Shown here: piece by piece, positions 11,346 to 25,924 of the stretch
Numbering within the stretch: position 1 is the first letter of the stretch
How the letters are laid out: every line of letters starts with the position of its first letter
NCBI GenBank assembly: GCA_951406725.2
Contig: OX597819.1
Location: forward strand, 40,548,001 to 40,612,000
DNA: 64,000 bases
Direction: 5' to 3'
Source: Octopus vulgaris
Lineage: Eukaryota
Notes under the pieces: generated by a model
What the model was told of the DNA's origin: nothing
Database searches by the model: none
Seen by the model: only the letters and a program-made list of their open reading frames with translations
Translations under genes and position numbers: made by a program

Positions 11346-13409
11346 TTCAATGTCTGCTTTGGCTTGCATGCAGAGAAACTAAACTAGAATACTAAGGAAA
11401 AAATCCAGATAATTTTACTTGAAGTTCACCATAGACACAAGTGTTGAGGTGTCCTTGATTTTTACTTAATATATCGCCACAACCATACTAAAGGTACATG
11501 CGACCTACTATGTTGTTACAAAGGATACAAGCACTTGCTGAGCTTAACTACCATATTACTATGAGCACATTTTTCAAACATAAATAATTGAAGAGTCTCA
11601 AATGGGATTAAGTTTGAAGAGGCATTTTTTTTTTTTGTGAACTGTTAATTTATGATCATTTGTATAGTTATGTATATTGATATTTCATTTGATATATAAA
11701 GTACACAAAATATATTTTTTCCCAGTTTGAAGTGCCTTCTTTGACAGAAATTCATTCCCCTTGAAACAAAGTGCTTCTTGTTTGACAAATACTGATCTAG
11801 TTAAAAAGTTTTTGCTCCAATTATGAGTTTAGAAATTTTCGTCTCAAGTTATTTTATTATACAATAATCATAATGAAAAATTAATTTTTTCAGATGCTAA
11901 AGTAACCTTCCTTTCTGCAATCATCTCTTTTTTATTTTTTTCTAACTGGATCTCTATGTTGAAAACCATGGTCTTTAATTAAGGTACAAGGCCTGCAATT
12001 TCAAAGTTCTCAAGTTGTATTGTGTGTGTGTGTAACTTTTTTTTTTTTTTTTACTTAAATTTCTTCCATAACAAAACCAGCCAATTTAGATGTTTTTATT
12101 GCCCTACTTACTGATTAAATTGAAGAACCACCATTAAGTGATGTTTTTTTTTTCTCTACTAAGAACTGTAGCTTTTCAAGGTTACTGTTTAAACTTATAT
12201 TCGACTACTTGTATTCTTACAGGTGAAGATGTTAACTTGTAAACAGGATATAGTAACTCGAGATTCAAAAACTAAATTGTGAATGTGTACATACATATTT
12301 ATGTACATTTGAATTAGAAATTCTTTTGATTAGACACAATCATTATTGATAAGTAGAGTAAAGCGTAGTAGATAGAACAGACTCATTATCATTCTGGTTC
12401 TTGTTCTGTGTACTTTGGAGGGATGACCTGATGACAGGACCTCCATGTGTTTGGTTGCTTGCTAGAAGTAGCTGCTAAATTATGCATTAGTATCTTTTTA
12501 ATTTTTTCTTACTGACTCTGGAGAAAGGAGCAGTGTTTATGGCCTTCTCAAGCCCTCTTAGACCAGCAAGATTGATGCCATTAATGTAAATCAGTACCCT
12601 GGGAAACACAAAAGCAGGAAAAGAATTTCAGCAGACTGATGTTCTGGAAAGGAAAGACTAGGGACATTGGTTAGTGTTGGGCCTTATTGGAGTGAGAAGT
12701 AGACACTAGTGATTATTAAGGGAGAGATGAGTAGAACAGGAATACTTGTATGTAGGTGGCATGGGCACAGTGAGCTGTGAGGAGCAGAGGCCATAACAGT
12801 AGAAAAAGAACACCATATTTGGTAATGTAGTTGTAGAAAAAATAGAAAAAGACAGTATGCTCATGGATGGAATATCTTTCATTATAGACCTGCTAGATTA
12901 TGGTTGTCGTGGAGCTAAACAATAACTCCTGTAGTGGGGAAAAGCATGACCAACTACAGTTAATTTGGAGCACAATATTATGAGGTGCCAAATTAGGTGT
13001 TCCGAAGATTTTAGTCAGACATTTGGCAAACCAGCCATTCTTTGTCAAAATCAGTGCATTGCAATTTTGCATTCTTCTGAACTGATTGCTTGGGTTTGGT
13101 GGTACATATTCTTTTTTTTTCCCCCTCTCCTTCTCTCCCTATGTGTGTGTGTGGGTGAGAGAGATTCATTAATCTATCTCTGTGTTTCTTACGTTTGCCT
13201 ATTTTATGCTTCGCAGGAATCTATTTTCCATTTCAATAAAAATGTTTTGCAAGTTTAGGCAGAATAGCTTAATAGCTTAGCAAATTAAAGATCTATATGA
13301 ATTTTAGGAGTAGATTATTTCCTGTCCTACCAGTCACAGTGCTGTGTACCATCAGTTATAAGCAACTGAAACAAATGGTATAAAACCTGAGGATACAGTA
13401 TTAGTAATT

Positions 13410-13820
13410 CATCATCATCATCGTTTAACGTCTGTTTTCCATGCTGGCATGGGTTGGATGGTTTGACAGGAGGTGGCCAGCCTAGAGTTGTCCAGACTCC
13501 AATTGTCTGTTTTGGCATGACTGGATGCCCTTCCTAACACCAGCCACTTTACAGAGTGTGCAGAGTGCTTTATATGTGCCACTGGCATGGGTGCATTTAC
13601 ATGGCACTGGCAAGACAAAGACCTCTCAGTTGAGAGAGGGAGTGGGATGCATGGCCATTAAGGACATACCTTGTATGTATGGATGGCCATGATTTTACTT
13701 ATCTTGACATGTCTCCTCAAGTGCAGCAAATTGCCACAAGTCCCTGTCCCTTGTCATTTCCTCAGTGAGGCCCAGCATCTGAAAATCCTTTCTCACCACT
13801 TTGTCCCACGTCTTCCTAAC
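13410..13820 (-). mobile_element. Truncated RTE 3' end, older subfamily
   Basis: (CAT)n CGTTTAACGTCTGTTTTCCATGCTGGCATGGGTTGG tail plus ORF C-terminal remnant near 13740-13815. Confidence 0.7.
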
Positions 13821-14093
13821 TAATTTAAATGGTTTATTAGTAATTATACTTCTGGTTTAATATCTTATTTCTTTCATTGTCTCCAGAGATAACACTTCCA
13901 CTTAACTTCATTTCATCGAACTGGAAAATAGGCACCTGGTTTCATCTGGATAAGAATTACCTGCAATAAACTAGCATCATAGCTAAAAGTAATTTGATTT
14001 GCAGTAGGAATATCTTACACTTGTATATTTGCTACTTTTTCTTACTTGTAATTATGTAAATGTTTACTTATTTCTACCTTTCTTCTTGTACAG

Positions 14094-14218
14094 AATTTAC
14101 TTGGATTACAATGCTTCAACACCACATGCTCCCCAGGTAATTGATGTTATATCACACACTCTAAAGAAGAAATGGTTTAATCCAAGTAGTATCTACTTCT
14201 CAGACAATAAAGAAACTG
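14094..14218 (+). CDS. SCLY: SCLY exon: [10 protein letters not shown]...WFNPSS...KET
   Basis: tacag| acceptor, |gtaagt donor. Confidence 0.9.
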
Positions 14219-17200
14219 GTAAGTTCCTTGAGTTTGTTTGTTGAGAAAATTAAATTTGTGTTTTTGAGTCATAAAGTCCATGCTTAGTATTGATGTAGTG
14301 TGAAAGCACATGGTCTAGTGGTTAGTGTGTTGCACATTTAAGATTGCAAGGTTGTGGTTTCAATTCTTGGATTGGGTGGTGGCATTATGTCCTTGAGCAG
14401 AAAAATTTTATTTCATGTTGCTCTGTGATCACTTCAACATAAGACATGAGGCACACCATGCCATGCACCTGTGCAGGCAATATTGATTTAATGGAGAAAG
14501 TGAGATAATGTGCAACACAAACATTTGATCACTGTAAACAAACCATCTCTGCAGGTTGTTTGGGAAGAAATTCTGGAACCCTCATCTGTTCTTTATGAGG
14601 GGAGAGTCCATCATCATTTTTTCAATTCATTTCAATTCAATTTTTATTGGCTCAAAAAGCAAAAGCAAGGCCAATTAGGGGGACAAGGAGTTATGTACAG
14701 GGAGGGTGGTCATACAGAGAGTTCAGGCCATTTCTGGTCAAGAGAGACTTTGAACCGAGCGGTCATTGGCATCTTCACTATCTCGTCCGGCAGCTTATTC
14801 CACGGATCTGCAACCCAGACGGAGAAAGCCCCTCTCCTTCGATTGAGACGAAATCGTCGTAGATAGAGCTTTTTGGAGTGACCCCTACAGCCCACGCTCT
14901 GGAGCAGGAGTGAAGAACAGCTCTTTCGAGAGGTTACACTTTCTGCTTATGATGTTGTGAGCGAGAATGAGATCACCACGGCGGCAGCGTTTTTCGAGCA
15001 GATCACCATAATATTGTGTGTTTATATGTTTTTTCATCAGAGACAGCTTAGCAAGTGACTAAAACCATCTCCTTAGACATGAACTTCCACATCTCATTCA
15101 CAACCAAAACTCATAGCCTCAATTCCTTTAAGCTGGTCACACATAACACCTTCAGAACTTAGAAATAGTCACTGACCTCTTTATAAACTAGATGTTTTTA
15201 CACACCATTGTAAATCTAGAAAGACCATCATCTGAAACTCAAATGATATCACTGTGTATAGCATAGCTTGCAAGCTCTACCATTTTACCCAAACTACAGC
15301 CAATTGTTTTGGTCCCTTGTTAAAAGAATCTCTACCAACTTTGTGGAATCTTCTTTCCATCCACTTAACAACTCTTGTGGCCCCCATAAGCAGCACTCTT
15401 GTAGAGAAAGACTCTGCATTTGTTGTCAGCTTTGCATCTAACTCCACATTTCACACACTAGTTCTATATTACCTCTGAAGCTATCCCCTTTCACTTTAGC
15501 AGCTCATCACCTTATACATACCATATTCTCTAATAACTTTACTCACTCTCTTATTAATGATCACCAGTACAGCCTCTGTAAAGCCAGATTACTGGTGATC
15601 CACTTTAGGAAAGAGAAAATTCTGTAAAACCACAAATGTTTGTAAATTTTGTTAAATCAATGATACTGTGTTTGTCATCAGCAAAGTATTCAACTGTGTT
15701 TGGCATGTGAATCATTTAGCTAAACTACTTTTTTATGGACTTCATCTATCTCTTGCTTCCTGGGTTAGAGGCTTCTTTTCATACCACATCTTTGTGGTAT
15801 GTGCTGACAGAATTCACTCTGACCCACATTATATCAACTTCATTTTGCCCACATTTTTCCTCCTGTACATCAATAGCCTATTTGCCCTCACATCCAATAA
15901 CAGCATTGTGTTTGTGTGCATTTATGTCTCTGTATTCATACAAAGTTATTCATGTACAAATGCTAGGCTTCCCTGTCTGAGGTTCTCTCTTGGTGTTCCT
16001 TTCAGCATAACAGTGACTACTACATCACAAAAACTGACCTTTTTCAGAGCCAAAGGTCAGGTGAGCCCCTCAATGTAATAGTGCTCCCACACTTGGGATA
16101 GTGCTGCTGCATCATACACAGACAGCCTAGATTAATCGCATACCTTCCAAAAAAAAAAAACACACAAAACAGTCTCCTGACCTATTAGCTTGAAGTTGTT
16201 CACCAACACACTCCTATCCCAGACTCTCAAACTTAGTTGATCTCAGGTAACTTAGGCCTGCCCAGTTCATTTATCTTTCCTTCTTTCAGCAGCCATATTG
16301 TGTCCATCTTCCAAGTTATGCTCTACTTTCCCAGTCTTTACTGCTCAGAATGTCAATCGTCAAGAATTTCTTCCTTGGCCATATTTTTATTATAGCTGTC
16401 ATGAACATCAACCACATCAATCTCTTCAGTTTGGAGAATGTGTGAACAACACTGGCACAGTTCCAAACCATTGAAAATATAAAGAAAAAAAAAATCATTC
16501 TTTGATGCTAATTCAAAATTTGATTTGTTACAGTTACTTAAATTTGAAGGAAAGTCCTATACATATGCAATATAATTTTAACAACATTTTTTCTATTTCC
16601 TATTTCTAGTTAACACTTCTCATGAGGTCATTGAAGATGCAAGAGAACAGGTTGCTGATATGATTGGTTCTTCTCCTAAAGGTAAGTATCTCTGACATTT
16701 CAACAGTCTTCTGCCTCTGAAATTTTACTTAATTATGCAAAGAGTTGCTAGGTCTCTGAGTAGCTTCCCCACTCACTGAGGATTTCAGGATCTGGTGGAT
16801 ATAGTAATTTTTTGAACAGTAATACTTGTGTAATTAATTGGACCATGTGAAAGAGCCCTCTGCCTTCAGGCAGACATTTCTGTAAACCTTCTTTTCTGAT
16901 GCCACCCACTCAATCTTCCCATCCAGTCCACAATCTTATATCAGTCACAGTCAATATAGATGAATGGTAAGGCTTGGGAGAATGGAGATATCGAGATATG
17001 TGCTGTGTGCAAGAAGTAAGATGGAGTGGAGCCTCAGTCAGACCTCTCACAGCCAAAGAACAATGATATAAATTCTTCTCAGTAGGCAGTAGTGATGGTT
17101 TGGGAGATGTCAGATTAATTTTGACAGAGAATGTGTAGATCAAATGATTGAAATGGAGTGTGCAAATACAATTATTAAGCTTAGATTAGTCTTGGTAAAC

Positions 17201-20200
17201 ATAACATTTATTTCTGTTCCTTAATCGGAACTAACAAAAAGACCACACCAACAACCTTGTTGGTTAACAAAACATGGGAGTTTAATAATAATGATATATA
17301 TCATGGTCATATAAAGTGATGTAGTATCTTGGGTTGGTCATTATGCCAATAAAATGATGTACTCTTGCAGGGATCAACATAGTTTTCCTTGCAGAAACAT
17401 AGTTTGCTTGTAAGATCAACCTGATCATTGTATAAAGGCTTAATACCATTCTCATGCCAATTTTAGTGAGAAAACTGTTGAGTTTCTTGATTCAGGTTCT
17501 GCTACAAAAGCTTACCCTATGAAAGAAACAGGTGACCTTTACCATTGCAAATGTGAGCTAAAAACTAATGTCTACTAGGGTCTCCTTCAAGCATAGCTGA
17601 CCATGGGTTTTCTGCATTTAGGGGAAAGTGTCTCTATGAAGTGCAGGCATAGGCGAGATGCAAGGCTGTTGTGGATGACAAGCAGTTGCCTGTCCATGCA
17701 TTGTCAGCCTTGTCCGTGTCACCGGTAATGTTTAAAGGAAAGGCATGGTTGATACAGCTTGATGTCAATGTCATCATAAGTTATTGCTGTCAGAGCACTA
17801 AGAGCCAGAAAAGATGCTACATGGCATCCTTTCTCTAACACCCTTAACTGTTCCACTGATCCACTGCCCTGCTTTCCTATATTTTTATCAACCCTGAAAG
17901 GATGAAAGGCAAAGTTGACCTCAGCAGGAATTGAACTTCAAGTGCAGAGATTTGGAACAAATACTGCTTGACATTTTATCCGATGCTCCAAGTGATTGCC
18001 AATTCACCACTTAAGGAGCTAATATTACTTGGGCAAATGTCTTCTACTATAGCCCCAGGCTGACCAATGCTTTGCAAATAAATTTGGAAAATGGAAACTG
18101 TGAAAGCCCATCATACATATGTATGTGTGTATGTTTGTGTTTATCCTCTGCACCACTTGACAACTGGTTTTGGTTTGTTTATGTCTGCATAACTTAGCAG
18201 TTCAGAATGAGTGCTAGATTTTAAAAGCAAAAAACAAAAAACAAAAAAAAAGGACTGAAGGTGAACCTGTTTAACTAAAATCCTTTAAGGTGCTGTCTCA
18301 ACAAGGCTGCAACCAAATGACTGAAACAAGTAAAACATAAAAGACAAAAAAAAAGATACACCTTTCTGGAGGGTAATTAAGTAACAGAAATGTCTGATTG
18401 CAATAGGAAATTACTTGTATTTAGTTACATCCCTTTACGGTTAAAATTCTATCTATTTGTCATCCTACAGAGCCCAATCAACAGTCTACCAGTCAAACAC
18501 AAAGTTTGCGAAATCATGCTGAATTTTTCTTTTTTAATCATTAATTACACTCCTTTCCTTCAATATTTTCAGTAATGATTATGATTTGTTAAATATTTCA
18601 CTTTTCTTTGTTATTTTGCAGATATTGTCTTCACTTCAGGAGGAACTGAGGTAATTCACCAATTCTTTGATTAATTCGTTTTTTCACATAAACTAATATT
18701 TATTATTTAATTACCATATTTGCTGGCATAAAAGATGCATCCCAGTTTGAAGAGCATGTATTTTAGAAAAAACAATGTTTTTAGGGCATTAAAGCTTATG
18801 AGAGACTCAGACTGGAGTGACATTTTGAGACATTTTTTTTTGTGTTTGTGTGTGGAGAGGAGTACCTCTTATATGCAGTCAAATACAGTAAGTTTTTAAT
18901 AGGTTCTTACTATAGAAACATTCTATTTATTGTTTTTTTTATCAAAGTTAATGAATGGTGATGCCATTGGTTACAGTTTGTAACAGACAAATGACTGATT
19001 TTATTGCGTTTCTGATAGTAACAGTGACAAGAGATTGTTTGTGTAACTCTGGCAAAACAAATGTCACACACAGTATTTTTATTTGAAATCGGTGCTTTAT
19101 TTACTAATAATATATGAATACATACAAAGATACACACTGTCAGAAAGAGTGGAGGGAGGACATGGCTGTGTGGTTTAGAAGTTAGCTTTCCAACCATGTA
19201 GTTTTAGATTCAGTTCCAGTGTGTGGCATCTTGGTCAAGTGTCTCCTATTACCCTGAAGCTGATCAAAGCCTCACATGTGGATTTGATAAATGAAAATTG
19301 AAAGAAGACCATCATTTGTTTGTGTGTGTGTTTGTGTTTGTATGCATATTTGTCGGTATCTGCAATCGCTTGTACTGTGTGGTGAGTGGTGTTATTGTCA
19401 GTTTCTCCAGTCAGCAAATCGTCTGGTCACTTTATACCTTCAGAGCTCTGTGGAATAAGGAATTCCTTACTTGAAACAACAGGTAAGGGTTATGAAGGGT
19501 ATCCAGGTATGAAACAATGCCTTGAATAACATTCATGCAACTCATGCAAACATGAAAAAAAAATTGCTGTTATTTTCATTATTTATTAGACCATTCTTAT
19601 TAAGCCTTTTAACTGTGAAATTAAATTTCATAGTTATCCCAGTTATGATGTTAAATATCTGCCAAAATATAGAATAGGTATTTTCTACAAGTCATGTTGC
19701 CTCAAAAAAATTAGTTTCAGACATGACCACTGTTAGTTAGTTAGTTAGTTAATTTGGCTCAAAAGCAAATAGCAAGGCCATGTAGGGGGACATGGAGTTA
19801 AGTACAGGGTGGTGTTCATGTAAAGAGTTCAGGCCACTTGAGGTCCAGGGAGGCTTTGAACAAAGCGGTCGTCGGCATCTTTACCATCTCGTCTGGCAGC
19901 TTGTTCCACAGATCCGCAACCCGGACAGAGAAAGCTCCTCTCCTTCGATTGAGATGAAATCGTCGCAGGTAGAGCTTTTCGGAATGACCCCGCAGCCGAC
20001 GCTCTGGAGCAGGAGTGAAGAACAGCTCTTTCGAGAGGTTACACTTTCCGCTTATGATGTTGTGGGCAAGAATGAGATCACTACGGCGGCGGCGTTCTGC
20101 AATAATGAAATTTTGAGTGGTTATATTTGATTTCTGTAATAAAAGGGTTAAAGCAATTATGAAAAAAATGTTCTCTGTTTTGTGGGTTGTCACATTCTAG

Positions 20201-21251
20201 TACACACACACACACACACACACACACTAGATGTGTGGGATCTGTGAATAATTGACTGACAATGATTTTTGCTAAATTTACAACAGGCAAACTAAATAGC
20301 ATTGTTGTTCATCTGTTGTTTCTTAATCATGTGATATGTTGCCTGCTCTTTACACCACCTGTCCTGTCCTTCCTCTGAGAGATAGGGAAGGGATAGATAT
20401 TGCCATGGAGAGAGATGGAAGAAAAAAGGGACAGATGCTGCTACCTATATCTATGTCAGAGGCAACACCAAGTCATCAGCATCACTCAGGCTCATCACAG
20501 AATTTCAAATTTCTAGCCCCAAATGGCTTATTTCTTATATCTAGCACTATGTCTTTCTCTATTTCTAAGTTAAGGATAAAAATAAAGCAACCCTGCAAAA
20601 CACAACTGATCTTTACACACAGACACACGGAATAACAGCAATTAAATAACAACAGCAGTGTGCACAACAAACATCATTGCTCTGACTGTTGCCCGTACTC
20701 TTTACAAGAGATGTCAGTTAGTCTTTTACACCTGCCAGGCTTGTTCGTATTAGTCCGAGTTGCTGGATGATTTTTTGTTCCTTTAAGAATATTGTAGAAC
20801 GGAAACTTTTCATAGATTGGAATTTAAATCCTAATCTCTAAAGAAATTTATTGTTTCAAGAAAACATTGAACTTGAATTACTTTTAACTTTTACGATTAT
20901 AGATAACAACTTAGGCTGTAATTTCTGAGCCCAAGTCAGGCGCGTGTGAACAATGTCGAGAGAACGTGTGCTATAAATGATATTTTTTGATACAGGGCAC
21001 TTCTAAGATGATTGCCTGACACTGAACGAAAATAAATGAACCGCAACGAGGCTCAATAAAAGGAGTCTGAGTTATTAGCTGCAATTATGTACTTGAAGTC
21101 AGCATTGGCAGAAATTACATCAGCTTGCAAATACACATTCACTTTACTAAATTTATACTCGGGCTAAGTCTGAACAGCCAGAGTTACCACTGATCTATGT
21201 GCATACATATATGAGTATTGTGTGCCGAAGCATCTACGCCCTCTATTGCCC

Positions 21252-21296
<45 letters not shown>

Positions 21297-24200
21297 TATT
21301 TCCATATATTCTTTACATTCTTTCTTTCTTTTCTTTTTTGAGTTTCTGGACAAACACACACATCCAATCTTATGATATATGATATGAAATGGATAATACT
21401 AACCTCTTTTATTATTTGTGTGTGTGAGGTGGCAAGCTGGCAGAATCATTAGCATGCCAGACAAAGTACTTAGTGAAACTTGTCTATCTTTACATTCTGA
21501 GTTCAAATTCTGCTGAGGTTGATTTTGCCTTTCATCCTTTCAGGATTGATGATATAAGTACCAGTGAAGCACTGGGATTAATATAATCTGTTGGCCCCTT
21601 CCCCTAAAATTTCAGGCTTTGTACCTGTAGTTGAAAGGGTTATTTTTGTGTGTGTGTGTGTATCTGTGTATTTATATACACATACATATACACATTTAAC
21701 TTTTTTCAGTTTCTGCCTTTGTTAAAATCAAAGTGTAGTATCTTTTCTGACCAGCTTAATATCTGATGCAGTCCTTTGTTGGGGGGGCCATCAATATTAA
21801 ACTGATTTTCAGAACTAGGCAAAGAGTTAGGGGCTTGCTCCATCTGCTCTGCAGGTTGGCCTGGTATTGCAGCACCTCCAGGTTACAACCCATGGTTCAG
21901 CCCTTGTCAGTGTAGAATGTGGGCATTAAGTAATGATGATGATGATAATGATGATAATAATGATGATGGTGATTAGGATGATAACAATGATGACGTATAC
22001 TTATATTTTTTGATTTTTTTCCCTCCAGGCAAACAACATGATTTTGCAGACTGCTGTCAGATACTTCAATGAGCATTGCCTTCCTGATATGTCTGAGATC
22101 TACAATGATAAACCGATCCTACCACACTTCATCACCTCCAACCTGGAACATGATTCAGTGAAAGAAGTCCTTGAGCATTTTGTGAAAACCAACACTGCAG
22201 GTAGCTGTCTTTCTCAATATCTTTGGTCTTTTTTATCTATATAAACTTCTTTTCTTTCACTAGTGCCCTCTCAGTCTTTCCTTCCCATTTTGTCCCTCTC
22301 TCTCCTCTTTCATTGTAGTTATTTAAGTCTACATTATTTGCACAAACACTATACATCCAAGCATGCATAAACACGCATGTAGATATACAAACAGATACTG
22401 AGCTAAAAGCAGTTACCAAATTTCCTTCAAACCAAATCCTACTGCATTAAGAAAGAAAAGGACATATTAGACAATGTAATCTACCTTATGGTTATGAGTC
22501 CAACACCCTGATCACTAGGCCACACACATCATGTGCATCATCATCATCATTTAATGTCCGTTTTCCATGCTAGCATGGGTTGGGCAGTTCAACTGGGGTC
22601 TGGGAAGCCCGAAGGCTGCACCGGGCCAGTCAGATCTGGCAGTGTTTCTTCAGCTGGATGCCCTTCCTAATGCCAATCACTCTGTGAGTGTAGTGGGTGT
22701 TTTTTATGTGCCACCAACACAGGTGCCAGACGAGGCTGGCGAACGGCCACGATCGGATGGTTCTCTTACGTGTCACCAGCACTGGTACCACAACTACAAA
22801 TTCCATTGATGTTAACACGTGTTCATACACATTTTCCTTTCCTTTCAAGAGATTTTTAGAGGCCTTGTTTAAAAATGTCTGTTCTAACTCGCTATTTTTC
22901 TTCTGAAGATTTTAATCATTTTTCTCCCCTTTCTGTCATTTATTTAATAGAATGTTTTTACAATCCTTCCATTTTATTTTATTGGCCACTGTTCAAATAA
23001 TAAAGTACTGTTCTGTATTTCTTGCAGAAGTTACCATCGTTGCTGCCTCGCGTCAAACTGGCTGCGTCGAACCTGAGGATATAGTCAAGAAAATACGCCC
23101 TAACACTATTATGGTTTCTGTTATGTCTGCCAATAACATTACAGGCATTATACAGGTTAGTGTGGACAATATCAAATTACTTCTTAAAAAACTTTACACC
23201 TTCTTCAAATACTATTTAATAGTATTAAATCACCTCTCAAAAACTTTGTTTATTATAGCCTATCGCAAAGATATGCGAATCTGTTCGAGCTGTTGAAAGG
23301 GAACATGGTGAAACTCAACGAATTCTGATTCATACAGATGCTGCTCAGATTTTGGGCAAAGTTGAAACCAATGTTAAGGAGATGGATGTTGACTACATGA
23401 CTATTGTTGGGCACAAGGTAAACATTTTTTTTCCTTCAGATATATTTATATATGTATATGATGGATGAGGAAAAATAAGAAAAAAATACAAGAGAGATAA
23501 TTTTTCACAAGAGTATTATTTGTATAATACTTGAAGGGAAAAGGTCATTAATGTTTCAGATGCAAATCCTTCATCAGAAAAAAGGGGGAAAGTGGTAGAA
23601 AGAAGGAAATAAAAAAACAAAGGAAGAAAGAAAAGTTCAGGAGTCAAATGAGAATGCAGCCCTATGGGGAGGTTCAGGCATGGCAGCGTGGTTCAGAAGT
23701 TCTCTTTACAACCATGTGAGCTTAGGTTCAAGGCATCTTGGGCAAGTGTCTTCTGCTGTTGTCTTATGTCAGCTAATGTCTTGTGAATGAAATTGGAAAG
23801 TGTATGGAAGTCCATAAAATGTGTGTGTGTGAGTGAAAGTTGTCATTTCTACTTCTCACATGAGGTTGTCTGAGAAAAAAATTTTTTTAAAACCATGTCA
23901 TCATGTTTACATGCCTGGTGAATATTAACATCCAGTAGCTCTGTACCATCAAAACAGTGGAATAAAATATCTCTAACTTGTAAAGCAGGAAAATACTGCC
24001 TCAAATAAGTACCCATCTAACCTATGCTGGCTTAGAAAAACAGATGTAATGAACAGATGAACATTTATTTAATTTTCTTTCTGTATAAACTATCTTTATA
24101 CAATGTGTGTACAAAGTAAACTCCCTGTTTATTTTCACAATAAGCATTCCAGTTCTCAGATCAACGGAACTGCTTTCTCAATGGATTATAATGTAAGTGG

Positions 24201-25889
24201 CTGAGTATTCCACAGACATTTGTATATCCTTAATATAATCCTCTGGCAGAATCTGCATGACGCTATGTGTGACACTTTTTGAAATACAGGTACAGTCTCT
24301 TTGACAGTTTCCGCCTACTTGCTCAGTTTCCCCTCTACCAGGCTGGGTATGGATCACCCTGATATGACAGCGAAAGACACTTAGCATATATTTGGATTAG
24401 ATTGGGACCCAGTGAACTTGAATATAGCCATTCAACCTGATCAGAATTAAATGGTTGTTGTCTGTTTTCCTCATTTAATATATATGCTTTTGTTATCACC
24501 TTTTCTTTTGTGTGTTTCTTTGCAAACCTTAGTTTTATGGACCCCGAATTGGTGCTGTATTCACTCGTGACTTAGGAACTCGAGCACACCTTTATCCACT
24601 TCTGAAAGGCGGATGCCAAGAGCATGGTTATAGACCTGGGTAAGTAGTTGTTTGTTATCAAGATTCTTGATATTTTATTTTACTAGGTTTTAATCTTTGG
24701 GATCCAAAGAGTACACTGCTGTATTTCAGCTTCTTAATAATTTATTTGATGATACAATGTTGCAATAATGGTGGCAGCAGTGATGATGATTAGTGGTTGT
24801 ATCATGGTTTTTGGTGATGGTGGTGGTGACGGCAATAGTGATTGGTGATAGTGTAATAATTGCGATTAGTTAGTTGTCTCTATTATGTTTAATATTTGAA
24901 ACCTTTGCAAGCAGATACAGCAGGGAATTGTTTGTGCCCTGAGCTACTTGCCTAATTAGTTTATGTTCATCACTTTAAGTTATTAACCTAATGTTTTCCC
25001 AAATTGGTCATCCTGTCTTTTTTTTATTTTAACCTCTGGGTCATATTGGTTTGGCTTAGAAGAGGAATATTTTGATGCCATAGCAACTCAAGATTTCCAT
25101 AACAATCTAGTGCTGTACTGTCAAGATGCATGTAATTCTCAGAGAAAAGGAATTTACATGAGGTAGACATAAATTTAGAAAAGCATATTAAAAAGTGACT
25201 AGAAAAATTACAGCATACAAATACCCAATTAGACACACACATAGCCAAATATACACACATACTCAAATATACATACACACTCACACACACAAATACCCAA
25301 ATATATATATATATATATACACATAGTCAAACCCGTACACATACTCAAATCCATACACATACTCAAATACACACACTCAAATATGCACACTCACACATTC
25401 ATTCACAAATATCCTTTGATTATTTCTCAATTTCATATTTCTTTGATTATAGAACTGAAAATACTGCAATGATTGTTGGTTTAGGAATGGTAAGTTATTT
25501 TTTCTTCTTCTTAAAAACGAACTTCTTTTTTACTTCAACTTAGGTTCATTGTAGATGTATTCGTGTGTTTACATGTTAAATATAGAAACACATTTTACTG
25601 TCTTCTTGTGCTGTTCCGATGTATAATGTAATCAATTCTTGAAAGGTAATAGCAGTTTTTCACTATTATTATTATTGCTCTGCTAAAGTCAGCAAACTGG
25701 CAGGATCATTAATTAGCACACCAGAAAGAATGTCTTCAAGACGCATTTTGTTGTTCGAAAAAATGTTCGTTTCTCATTGTGTTCAACATTTTTTTGATGT
25801 CCTGTACCCATTTATGCATGTATATATACATATATATGTAGGTATGTACATATATGTATGTATATATGCATATATTTGTATATTATTTG

Positions 25890-25924
<35 letters not shown>

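Noticed and set aside
12223-12290. Alternative SCLY start exon MLTCKQDIVTRDSK
   Set aside because: Good acceptor but the only phase-2 donor (GTACAT) is weak; kept as a lower-ranked alternative
21705-21892. Functional U2 snRNA gene
   Set aside because: 5' end, stem I and Sm site mutated; retro-tail instead of 3' box
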